Of a stretch of DNA of 64,000 nt, positions 1 to 10,439 are shown one piece after another; positions within the stretch are counted from its first letter, which is position 1; each line of letters opens with the position of its first letter. A model generated the notes under the pieces. It was not told the origin of the DNA. It made no database searches and saw only the letters and a program-made list of their open reading frames with translations. Source of the stretch: Eledone cirrhosa (Eukaryota); NCBI GenBank assembly GCA_964016885.1, contig OZ024745.1, positions 33,170,001-33,234,000 of the forward strand, written 5' to 3'. A program made the translations under genes and the position numbers.

Positions 1-385
1 AAAGTAAAAACCTACTACAGTCAGTAGGCATCTCTATCAAAACACACCCCCGTCCCACCACCTCCACCCCATCCACACCGCCCCTTTCAATGTAAAGTTA
101 TGTTGGTCCCACAACATCCAGGCCGAAACAAATGAGATCGTGTGGGTGTCACTACAAAAAACACACAGTCCACGCTGTAAATGTGGCCGTGTAGGCAACA
201 CGGTAAAAACCTCCCAGCCCCACACTGTAAATGTGGTTGGTGTTAGGAAGGGCATCCAGCTGTAGAAAACCCGCCAGACAGTCCTATGCGAGCAAGACAA
301 CCACTCTTGCCTCAAGTGGGAAAACCCCCGTCCAAACCCATGCAAGCGTGGAACACGGACGCTAAACCCAATGATGATGATGATA
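1..385 (+). mobile_element. 3' UTR and (GAT)n tail of an RTE LINE copy (same family as the intact element at 1189-5250), entering from upstream of the window
   Basis: Reverse complement of about 1190-1580; ends in CCATGCAAGCGTGG...(GAT)n and runs into (TA)n. Confidence 0.85.
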
Positions 386-476
386 TGTATATATATATAT
401 ATGTATATATACATGTATATATATATCTAACACCTTTCGTAACTGTACGCTTTGTTGTTGTTATTTACTTTTCCTA

Positions 477-523
<47 letters not shown>

Positions 524-538
524 GTATATATATATATA

Positions 539-570
<32 letters not shown>

Positions 571-573
<3 letters not shown>

Positions 574-1008
574 GGGATGAGGTGATAAAAGCTGACCTTG
601 CTCAATTGCACCTCTCAAAGGCGATGACACAGGACCGTGACCTCTGGCGTAATGCAGTAATACAGAAGAATCGACTTCCAACAGGTACAAGTCGAAGCTG
701 AAGCATATAGACAATATGACCCCATCCCCTCCCACTGCAAAGTGGTCGTGGAGGTGTCACGACAAAAAAGCACCCAGCCCACACTGTAAAGTGGCTGTGT
801 AGGCACCACGGTAAAAAAGAAAGAACCCAGCACTCACTGTAAATGAGGTTGGTGTTAGGAAGGGCATCCAGCTGTAGAAATCAAGTCAGAATCAGTTCCT
901 GTATGAGCAAGACAAGGTCACCCGACCTAGCAGTGCCCACAACAGGACAACCCATCTAACCCATGCTAGCATGGAGAATGGACGTAAAACGGTGATGATG
1001 ATGATGAT
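571..1008 (+). mobile_element. 5'-truncated RTE LINE, related subfamily (ORF end, 3' UTR, (GAT)n tail)
   Basis: Encodes WDEVIKADLAQLHLSKAMTQDRDLWRNAVIQKNRL, homologous to the C-terminus of the 1073-aa ORF; flanked by (TA)n on both sides. Confidence 0.85.
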
Positions 1009-1025
1009 ATATATATTTTATATAT

Positions 1026-1182
1026 ATCATCATCATCACCGTTTTACGTCCGTTCTTCCACGCTAGCATGGGTTAGACGGGTTGTCCTGTTGTGGGCAGT
1101 GTCTGGTCGGCTGACCATGCCTTGCTCATACAGGAACTGATTTGGCTTGATTTCTACAGCTGGATGCCCTTCCTAACACCAA
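1026..1182 (-). mobile_element. Short 3' fragment of the same RTE subfamily as 571-1008, inverted
   Basis: Reverse complement of about 849-1008, including the (CAT)n tail. Confidence 0.85.
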
Positions 1183-1188
1183 TATATC

Positions 1189-4100
1189 TATCATCATCAT
1201 CTTCATCATCATCGTTTAACGTCCGTGTTCCATGCTTGCATGGGTTTGGACGGAGGGTTTTCCCACTTGAGGCAAGAGTGGTTATCTTGCTCGCATAGGA
1301 CTATCTGGCGGGTTTTCTACAGCTGGATGCCCTTCCTAACACCAACCACATTTACAGTGTGGGGCTGGGAGATTTTTACCGTGTTGCCTACACGGCCACA
1401 TTACAGCGTGAACTGTGTGTTTTTTTACGTGACACCTACACGATCTCATTTGTTTCGGGCTGGATGTTGTGGCACCAACATAACTTTACATTGAAAGGGG
1501 CGGTGTGGATGGGGTGGGGGTGGTGTGACGGGGGTGTATTTTGTTAGAGATGCCTACTGACTGTAGTAGGTTTTACTTTGTATTTAGGTAAGGCGGGTCT
1601 TCTCTATTACTGAGTACCGCCAAAGGTCTTGGTCCAGTGACATTGTCTTGGTGAGGTGTAAGTGTGTGAGGTCGGAATTTATCAGCTCGTCCCAGGTTTT
1701 TCTGGGTCTGCCTATTCCGTGGCTACCGTCTATCTTTATTGCCCTGCACTTTGTTATACAGCTATCGTCCTTCATGCGCATCACATGACCATACCAACGT
1801 AGCCTTCTCTCGAGTAAACAACATCTGATCCCTCTTATTTCTAATTTTTTCCTTAGTTCGTTTATGCTTTGCCGTTCACGTATATTACTATTACACATCC
1901 AGCGGAGCATGCAAGCTTCGTTTCTCTCTAGTCTGCGTATATCCTCTGCACACAATGCCCAGGTCTCACTGCCGTGCAACATTGCTGTTCGTATGCAGGC
2001 ATCGTACAACCTGTCTTTCATTTTTAGGGAGAACCCTTTAGCGGCTAATAGTGGTATGAGCTCTCTGAACTTTTTCCACCCAGTTCTGACTCTAGCTACT
2101 GTACTTTCAGAGCACCCTCCCCCACTGCTGATTTTGTCACCCAGGTAACGGAAGCTGTCCACTATTTCTATAGAACCCTCTGCGCAGTTGAAAGAGCTAG
2201 TATTTTTTGGCCATTTGCTGCTACTTATTGCCCCAGAACACCGGCCACATGTAAAATCTATGTTCTTAGTTAGCTTACCTGTGATCCCACTACATCTTTT
2301 ATGCACCCAAACTTTGCATTTGGGACACAAAATGGAGTTTCTACCTACGCCTTTCCTACACTCTGAGCATGGCCACTTCCCGGAGGGGACCGCCGCCTTA
2401 TTTTCTTTCTTACAAACTAGAACTTTAGTCTTAGCCAGGTTAATTTTAAGGCCTTTTGATTCTAGGCCGTGCTTCCATGTTTGGAATTTTTTCTCTAGCT
2501 CGGCCATTGTTTCAGCTATGAGCGTTAGATCATCTGCGTATAGGAGTTCCCATGGGCAGCCGGTCTTGAACTCCACTGTTATAGCCTGGAGGGCAATAAT
2601 AAATAGTAGGGGGCTAAGAACAGAGCCCTGATGAACACCAACTTTTACACTAAACTCTTCACTATATTCGTTGTTAATTCTAACCTTGCTGACTGTTTCT
2701 TTATACATGGCTTGTATAGCTCTCACAAGCCATTCATCAACACCTAGTTTTCTAAGAGCCCACCAGATAATGGAACGGGGGACTCTGTCGAAGGCTTTCT
2801 CCAAGTCGACGAAAGCTAAGTATAGGGGTTTACTTTTAGCTAGGTACTTCTCCTGTAGTTGTCGTAAAATGAAAAGAGCGTCTGTGGTACTTTTTCCTGA
2901 CACAAACCCGAACTGCATTTCATCTAGATCAATTCGCTCTCTGATTAGTTGCGCTATTACTTTTTCCGTGACCTTCATGACCTGGTCGATTAATTTAATG
3001 CCTCTATAGTTACTCCTATCTAGGGCATCTCCTTTACCCTTATAACAGTTAATGATGATGCTGCTACGCCAGTCCTTCGGAACAGCCCCATTCTGTATGA
3101 CTTGGTTGACTATCCGGGTGACCATGGTGTGTCCCACCGTACCAGATGCCTTCAGCATCTCGGCAACTATTTCCGAAGGCCCAGCCGCCTTACCCATCTT
3201 CATATCTTTGATTGCCTTACTTATTATACTACCCTCGACTAACACTGCTGGTCCCTCTATTGGGTCGATGTGGGGGAGACTGTCTTTCTCCCATTTATTC
3301 TCCTCATTTAGTAGCCTTTCATAGTGACACTTCCAAGCTACCTTCTTATCCGCGTCGGTGATGGCAAGTACGCCGTCATCATTAAGTACACACTTCTCCC
3401 CGACAATATCACTGTTTTCCTTGACACATTGCCTAGCAATCCTGAACACCTCACGTTTTTGGTCCTCGTGTTGTAGAACATGCTTGAACTTTCTTTCCTC
3501 TGCTTCCCTTCTTGCGAAGTACACTTGTCTCCTAGCTTCCCTCCTGGCCACTTGATAGTCTTCTCTACTTCCCCCATCTCGCCATACTTTCCAAGCCTGT
3601 TTTTTGGCCTTGATTGACTCCTCCACCTTGCAGTTCCACCACCAAGTTACTCTCCTCCTGCCAACAGGCCTGCTCCAGCCACAGACTTCATCTGTCGCCA
3701 TCAGCAGGTTTGCTTTCAGAAATTCCCACTGTCCCTCTATATTGTCTGACTCTAAATGCTCTTCCTTACTGTCGAAAGCATCAAGTAATATGCTTTGAAA
3801 TTTATTTTTGGCTGTGGGGTCCTTTAGCTTCCATATTTTTCTCCTGAGGATAGTCCTCTTCTGTTGTCTAGTACGTCTCGTCCTGACTATTAGGTCGCTA
3901 ATTATCAGTCTATGTTGGGAGGTGCATTCTTCATGGGGGAGGGATTTAGTGTTTACAACAGTCACTCTGTCACGTCTCCTGGTAAGGATATAATCTACCT
4001 GGCTGGTATGTTCCCCTGATCTGTAGGTGATCAAGTGATTGTCTTGTTTTTTGAAGTTAGTGTTGCAGATAGTTAGGTTATTTGCGTCACAGAATTCCAG

Positions 4101-5250
4101 GATTCTGGAGCCTTCCTCATTTCTAGTACCAAACCCATAGCCTCCATGGATTTCGTCGTAGCCGTCACAATGTTGTCCAACGTGACCATTTAGGTCGCCT
4201 GCAATAATTATATAGTCACTGTCGGTTATTTGGGAGGTAGTGAGCATCAGTGTCTCATAGAATCTGTCTTTTATAGTGCTGGGCAGTCCGGATTGGGGTG
4301 CGTACGCGGATATTACTGTCACCGTAGTTCTATTGAGGACAAGTCTTATTTTAATTATTCTGTCGTTCACTCTATTTACGTCTATTATCTTATCTGCCCA
4401 CTTTTCTGCTACCATGATTCCTACTCCACCCAGCCCATTGTCATTTCCCACCCAGAAAAGCTTATAGCATCGTTTTCTACCCACAATGAATCTAGCAGAT
4501 CCACCCCTCCACCTGGTCTCTTGAATACAACAAACATCGACCTCCTTACGTTCAAGCATTTCTACAACCTCGTTAGAGCGACCCTTTAAGGTGCCTACAT
4601 TCAAGGTACCAACTCTGAAGTTTTGGATTGCGTTTGGAGGGTGGGAACGGGGGGGAGATGGGGTTATGTTGACCATCCGCGGCCGAAACAAAGAGGAATG
4701 CTCGCATTCTCGTCCACGAGGTGTGTTTGTCTTTATCTTTGGCATTGTCGCTGAGCGTCCAGATTTTTCTCTCTTCAACTCTCCGGAACTCCGTAGTCCT
4801 TCCATCCTACATATCGAAGGCGACCAGGTAAGGTCACCTCTGGCTTATGATTGGTCCACGTAATAATAATGGTGGTGCGTGGGGGTGGAAGGGAGGGGTG
4901 TTGAGTTGTTAGCGAGAATAATAGGTTTAAGTGAGATCCTCGAATTTAACAAACAAAAATACAAGATTTGTTTAGTAAAATACGCCCAAAACTTTCGTAT
5001 TTAACATGAAATGACGAAATACAAGATTTGTTTTGGAAAATACGAGATAGGATACATAGGAAATAGGATGGAATGGCTAGTAGTGAAGAAGAATTGGAAT
5101 GAGGATAGAAATGCTATAGGGTTTGGAAGGACTATGAAATTAAGCGGATGTTAGAAAAGCTAGAAAAATGTGTACGTTACATTATACCATTGAAGGAAAA
5201 ACGGCCACAAATTTGGCGAAAGTGGATTTCTTGTGTGGTGGGTTATCTTA
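1189..5250 (-). mobile_element. Apparently full-length RTE-clade non-LTR retrotransposon (5' boundary approximate)
   Basis: Single APE-RT ORF, about 390-bp 3' UTR, (GAT)n tail at 1189-1213, about 440-bp 5' UTR ending at a (TA)n run near 5250. Confidence 0.9.
1584..4805 (-). CDS. RTE LINE polyprotein: apurinic-like endonuclease + reverse transcriptase with inserted PHD-type finger (1073 aa)
   Basis: APE motifs TLNVGTL, IQETRW, AYAPQ, GDLNGHVG, QVDYIL, QHRL; RT motifs [40 protein letters not shown]; RTE C-terminus RLRWYGHVMR and GRPRKTW. No stops or frameshifts. Confidence 0.95.
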   Translation of the reverse strand: MEGLRSSGELKREKSGRSATMPKIKTNTPRGRECEHSSLFRPRMVNITPSPPRSHPPNAIQNFRVGTLNVGTLKGRSNEVVEMLERKEVDVCCIQETRWRGGSARFIVGRKRCYKLFWVGNDNGLGGVGIMVAEKWADKIIDVNRVNDRIIKIRLVLNRTTVTVISAYAPQSGLPSTIKDRFYETLMLTTSQITDSDYIIIAGDLNGHVGQHCDGYDEIHGGYGFGTRNEEGSRILEFCDANNLTICNTNFKKQDNHLITYRSGEHTSQVDYILTRRRDRVTVVNTKSLPHEECTSQHRLIISDLIVRTRRTRQQKRTILRRKIWKLKDPTAKNKFQSILLDAFDSKEEHLESDNIEGQWEFLKANLLMATDEVCGWSRPVGRRRVTWWWNCKVEESIKAKKQAWKVWRDGGSREDYQVARREARRQVYFARREAEERKFKHVLQHEDQKREVFRIARQCVKENSDIVGEKCVLNDDGVLAITDADKKVAWKCHYERLLNEENKWEKDSLPHIDPIEGPAVLVEGSIISKAIKDMKMGKAAGPSEIVAEMLKASGTVGHTMVTRIVNQVIQNGAVPKDWRSSIIINCYKGKGDALDRSNYRGIKLIDQVMKVTEKVIAQLIRERIDLDEMQFGFVSGKSTTDALFILRQLQEKYLAKSKPLYLAFVDLEKAFDRVPRSIIWWALRKLGVDEWLVRAIQAMYKETVSKVRINNEYSEEFSVKVGVHQGSVLSPLLFIIALQAITVEFKTGCPWELLYADDLTLIAETMAELEKKFQTWKHGLESKGLKINLAKTKVLVCKKENKAAVPSGKWPCSECRKGVGRNSILCPKCKVWVHKRCSGITGKLTKNIDFTCGRCSGAISSSKWPKNTSSFNCAEGSIEIVDSFRYLGDKISSGGGCSESTVARVRTGWKKFRELIPLLAAKGFSLKMKDRLYDACIRTAMLHGSETWALCAEDIRRLERNEACMLRWMCNSNIRERQSINELRKKLEIRGIRCCLLERRLRWYGHVMRMKDDSCITKCRAIKIDGSHGIGRPRKTWDELINSDLTHLHLTKTMSLDQDLWRYSVIEKTRLT

Positions 5251-5894
5251 TATATATATGGATAGAGAGAGAGAGAGGGGGGGGGGGGGTTGACCACATG
5301 TTGTAGAGTGTGGTGGAGGGGGAGAAGATATTAAGGAGCGGGAATTAAGAGTTTGAAATAATAACAAATATATTTAAAATATTGTATGAGAGAAGAATAG
5401 GTTTAAGTGAGATCCTCGAATTTAACAAACAAAAATACAAGATTTGTTTAGTAAAATATATATATATATTTATAACTCTGTGTGGATTTCATAAAGATAG
5501 GTGTCATTTCTTCATATCTACAAAATTATGTTCAAATAGTATGTGTAACGGTTTGTATGAAAAGTGGAAGCCGTTACGGCTCTCACTTTTCGTAAAGATG
5601 GCTGTATATTTGTTATTTATATTTGTGTGTATGTGACTTGCAACTGTGATAAAAATTCTATGTGTCAGCCATTACGTTTCTAACTTACCACCTACCTGTC
5701 CCACCTCTACCACATTCGGTATACATGTCCGACGCTGTATGCTAACCACTTCCTCGTGAATATATCATAGAACAGACAAGGGGCAGACAGAGGCTCCGTA
5801 AGCCGTAATGTAGGCAACTCGTCTAGGAGAGTTACAACTCCGAATAAATTGGTGCGGGGTAGAGAAGTCCCCTAAGTCCCGTAAGACATCTTCC

Positions 5895-6232
5895 CTAGTG
5901 CTGGTGGCACGAATAAAAGCACCCAGTCCTTGCTGTAAAATGGAGGGGTGGATAGGGCCCCTGAGTCCAGTAAGACGACCTCTCTAGTGCTGGTGGCACG
6001 AATAAAAGCACCCAGTCCATGCTGTAAAATGGAAGGGTGGATAGGGCCCCTGAGTCCAGTAAGACGACCTCTTTAGTGCTGGTGGCATGAATAAAAGCAC
6101 CTCGTCCATGCTGTAAAATGGAGGGGTAAAGAGGGCTCCTGAGTAAGACAACCTCTCTAGTGCTGGTGGCACGAATAAAAGCACCCAGTCCATGCTGTAA
6201 AGTGGTGGTGGTGTTAGGAAGGGCATCCAACC
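5895..6232 (+). repeat. About 89-bp tandem repeat (3.5 copies) within an RTE-related SINE body
   Basis: CTAGTGCTGGTGGCACGAATAAAAGCACC recurs at 5895, 5984, 6073 and 6157, then continues into the shared GGTGTTAGGAAGGGCATCC motif. Confidence 0.85.
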
Positions 6233-6329
6233 AGTATATATACTACTACCAAAATCTATGATTGCAACAAATGAAATTTGCAACAACTGCGTAAACAGCA
6301 ATAACACTAACCATGTTAGGGCTGCAACG

Positions 6330-8327
6330 ATTTAGAGTTGTATGACATAGATGATAACTGGAATTTCTTCGTGACAACTTACTGCAAGCTACTGAAGAAA
6401 ATTGTGGTTGGGGCAGAGCTTCAACTAGACAGAGTGACCTGGTGGTGGAACAGCACGGTAGATAGGGTCATTAGAAACAAAAGACTGGCATGGAAAGCTT
6501 GGAAAAATGGTGGGAGTAGAGACGGATACACAGCCGCTAAGAGAGCAGCTAGACGTCAGGTGTACTTAGCACGCAGGGAGGCTGAGAGTAGGAGGTTTGC
6601 CAACGTTCTGCGACGGGAAGATCAGAGACGTGCGGTGTTCCGCATTGCAAGGCAGTGTGTCAGTGCAAATCAGGATGTTGGAGATAAGTGTGCAAATCAG
6701 GATATTGTTGGAGATAAGGCTGCTGGACCGTCGGGGATAGTTGCTGAGATGATGAAGGCATCAGGAGAAGTAGGCACTAAACTAGTTGCACACATCATTA
6801 ATCAAGCTATATAGGGTGGTGTCATACCCAAAGACTGGTGCAGCAGTATTCTCATAAATTGCTACAAAGGTAAAGGGATGCTCTAGAGAGGAGCAATTAT
6901 AGGGGCATAAAGCTGATGGATCAGGTTATGAAAGTGGCAGAGAGAATAGCGCAACTGATTAGAGAAAGGGTCAAATTAGATGAGATGCAGTTTGGTTTTG
7001 TGCCTCGGAAAAGTACAACAGATGCCCTCTTCTTAGTGAGGCAACTACAAGAGAGGTTCTTAGAGAAGAATAAGCCACTATACTTAGCTTTTGTTGACCT
7101 AGAGAAGGCCTTTGATAGGGTACCCCAATCTGTCATCTGGTGGTCCCTAAGGAAACTAGGTGTAGAGGAATGGCTTATCAGGACAGTGCAAGCTATGTAC
7201 AGGGGTGCTGTCAGTAAAGTGAGAATAGGAATGGAGTTTAGTGAGGAATTCCAGATACAAGTAGGTGTACATCAAGGTTCGGTCCTCAGCCCGCTCTTGT
7301 TCATTATAGTCCTCCAAGCCATAACAGAGGAGTTTAAGACTGGATGCCCATTGGAACTACTCTATGCTGATAATCTGGTTCTTATAGCAGAATCAGTAGA
7401 GGAGTTAGAGAATAAATTCTGGCTATGGAAACAGCAGTTGGAATCAAGAGGACTGAAAGTGAACCTAGCTAAGACAAAAGTGTTGATAAGTAGAAGAGAG
7501 GACAATACTCTGATTCCATTTGGCCATGTTCGATATGTAGGAAAGGAACTGGCATAAATTCCATAAAATGTATGCAATGCAGATCTTGGATACACAAGAG
7601 ATGTAGTGGGATAGCAGGCAAACTAACAGGTAGGTAAAACTACGTATGCAGTAGATGTACAGTGAAAGTTGGCAGTAGTAATCGCTGTGATAGACTCATT
7701 TTTCCAATGCAGGTGGGTTCTATAGAAGTGGTTGATAGCTTCCGGTACCTAGGTGATCAGATTAGCATGGGAGGGGGGTGTTCTGAGGCCATAGTATCTA
7801 GAATAAGGATGGGTTGGAAGAAGTTTAGGGATCTGCTTCCTCTGTTGACAAAGAAGGGTTTCTCCCTGTGTACAAAAAGACAGTTATATGATGCCTGTGT
7901 GAGATGCGCGATGCTGCATGGTAGTGAGACATGGGCAGCAACTGCAGAAGATATGTGACGGCTGGAGAGAAATGAAGCAAGTATGCTCCGTTGGATGTGC
8001 AATGTCAATGTGTGTGAATGACCAAGCATAGACGAGTTGAGAAAGAAACTGGGTATAAGAGGGATAAGTTATGGTATGCAGGAGAGAAAGCTGAGATGGT
8101 ATGGACTTATGATGCGCATGGAGGATGACCGCTGGGTAAAGAAGTGCCAAGAAATCCCAGTAGAAGGAAGACGCAGTAGAGGTAGACCACGAAAACCATG
8201 GGCAGAGGTGAAACTCACCGAGGAGATGATGAAGGACCGTGACAAGTGGAGAGATGCTGTGTTGAATAGGACCCGTGCAACCCTTGCAAGCAGGGAAAAG
8301 CAGACGTAAAATGATGATGATGATGAT
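6330..8327 (+). pseudogene. Degenerate, 5'-truncated RTE LINE (frameshifts, stops, internal deletion)
   Basis: Fragments [36 protein letters not shown] (catalytic Asp lost), PHD remnant, GRPRKPW; ends with CCCTTGCAAGCAGGG and (GAT)n abutting (TA)n. Confidence 0.9.
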
Positions 8328-8345
8328 ATATATATATATATAATC

Positions 8346-8660
8346 ACTTATGGTTGCTCATGTAAAGCGCCACATACATTCCCACTTGATAAACAGTATA
8401 ACACCCCAGCCGTAATATATGAGGTTGAAGTCACATCTTCAATCAACATCAGAAACAAATCTGGACATATGTAGGATGTCCGAAAGGTAATTTAAAAACT
8501 GTTTCCTAAATCACGAAACAACTTTCAGACATTCGGCCAAGAGAAATTCCACAAAGCTGGCAAGTCAGGTATAGAAACTCAAGGACATGGGCAAAAATTT
8601 CTCCATAAAATAGAAAATACTCAAAAAATCTAGACCCTATATAAACGGATAAAAAATCTG
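8346..8660 (+). pseudogene. Decayed Penelope-like element, GIY-YIG endonuclease fragment
   Basis: Reads GCSCKAPHTFPL...VIYEVEV...YVG...NHETTF...KILKKSRPY with frameshifts, resembling the Cys-rich linker and GIY-YIG of Penelope-like elements. Confidence 0.55.
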
Positions 8661-10358
8661 CAATTCATCCACCAACAAGAGATCCCTAAACACTCACCTG
8701 GATTTTTTAAAATTTCTCATGCATCAAAGTATCTTTTGAAGTGATGGCTCACATGAAGTTTTTAATTTCTTTAATTATTAATTTTTCTATATATCAGCTA
8801 TCATAGATACATAACTTCTCTGTAAATTACATCCCCTTAAAAGTCAGAACTCTCGTATATTTTCTAATATTCGAAGTTCTCTTTTTCGTTGAAACACTGC
8901 AAGTTGAATAAGTTGTGTTCATTCAACAAAACATATGTTTCTGCGTTTCTCCGTGCTATGTCTTCATTGTAGTATAAAATTTACTAACCCCCCCCCCCTC
9001 CTTCACACACCATTTTCTCCCTCCCACCACCTCTTCATACCAATCCCCCCATCATCATCACCACTTCCCCCTTGTTAGTTTTCACTTCAATCTATTACAA
9101 ATTTCCAGTTGGTTGGTTCAATAACAGGATGGTTGTTTATATATTGTCAAAGTTCTTTCGTCACACATTCTGTGACCTCCTCAGTCACTGATTTGTGTCT
9201 CTCCTTTGTTCTGTCCTACACCATCTTGTTTTTGTGTGTTGTACATTCAAGAATTTGAGAAGTATTTACTAAAACTTTAATTTTGTTAAGATATTTGTAG
9301 CATAACAAAATGTACTTAAAATTATGTTATTGGCTGTTATTGTTTATAGAAACAGGTAGTTTTGGGTGGGTTGGTATTAGAAAGGTTAAACATTTATTAA
9401 GTAAAGGTGACAATATTTAGAAATAGCTACAAATTTGTATTTCTTTCCCTTTTTCTCCTTCACCACTCCTTGCCTTCCAACGAGTCCCTTACTCCCGTGC
9501 CCCTTCTCAGACTCTCATCTATCTCAGTTGGACTTTGGTAATCACTGCTCTAAAATGTTTGCTAGTTAGTAGTTGCAATGGAGATAACCTCTTCTCTTGA
9601 CAGCCAATGAATCCCTAATATAGTTCAATTAATTTTGAAAATAACTCCAAATTTGGAAGAATTTAATAAAATAAGTCTTTCATTAGTAAGCTGATATTTA
9701 GAACATTACTTAAATTTTATGAAAATATAATTATGATGGAAGGTTTTAATATAAAGAAAAACACTTAAAAATGAACAGTTTTGTATAATAAATTCCAGGC
9801 AGTTTGGCATCGAAAGGATTCATTTAATTATAAGTTAAAAATGTATCTTCAGTGAAAGGTGTGTGTAACTAAAGAGAGAGACTAGACTGAAATAATCAAT
9901 TCCCCAGTAATATCTTAATTTTCTCTAAGTTAAGTGTCATTTCTGATTTTATTGTGCTTGATATACGAGATCCATATTTGTGATTGATTTCTTGTTGATC
10001 TGACACCGAATAAAAATGAAGAATGTTTTGGTCGTAACATATGTTACATATGTTGTGTGTATATGAGATTAATTGAGCTTGCTTATTGAGAAACACAAAA
10101 TTCTAAACATATTTGATATGTTTTGATTAATTATTTGTATTTAACGGCTCCAAACCTCTTAACTTGTTGAGCTCAGTGGTTATAATTATTGTTCCTATTT
10201 CTAGCGGAGTTATCGTCCACCTTGTGAATATTTGTTTGTTTGTTTGTTTGTTTGTGTGTGTGTGTGTGTGTATATGTATACACATTCACATCAACCACTA
10301 TGTTTTGTTAATTTTATATAGTTTAACCACTATGTTTAATGTATTTTTCTATTTCCAG

Positions 10359-10439
10359 TTTAAAAGTTACAATGTCAACTTCACTCAACTTGAAATATGG
10401 TTAAGATTTGTATTTCTAGTGCTCACGTTTATCACAGCA
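10359..10439 (+). CDS. TMEM181: TMEM181 exon
   Basis: cag|FKSYNVNFTQLEIWLRFVFLVLTFITA|gtaag. Confidence 0.9.

Noticed and set aside
1864-4863. Plus-strand ORFs overlapping the LINE
   Set aside because: Antisense shadows of the RTE ORF.
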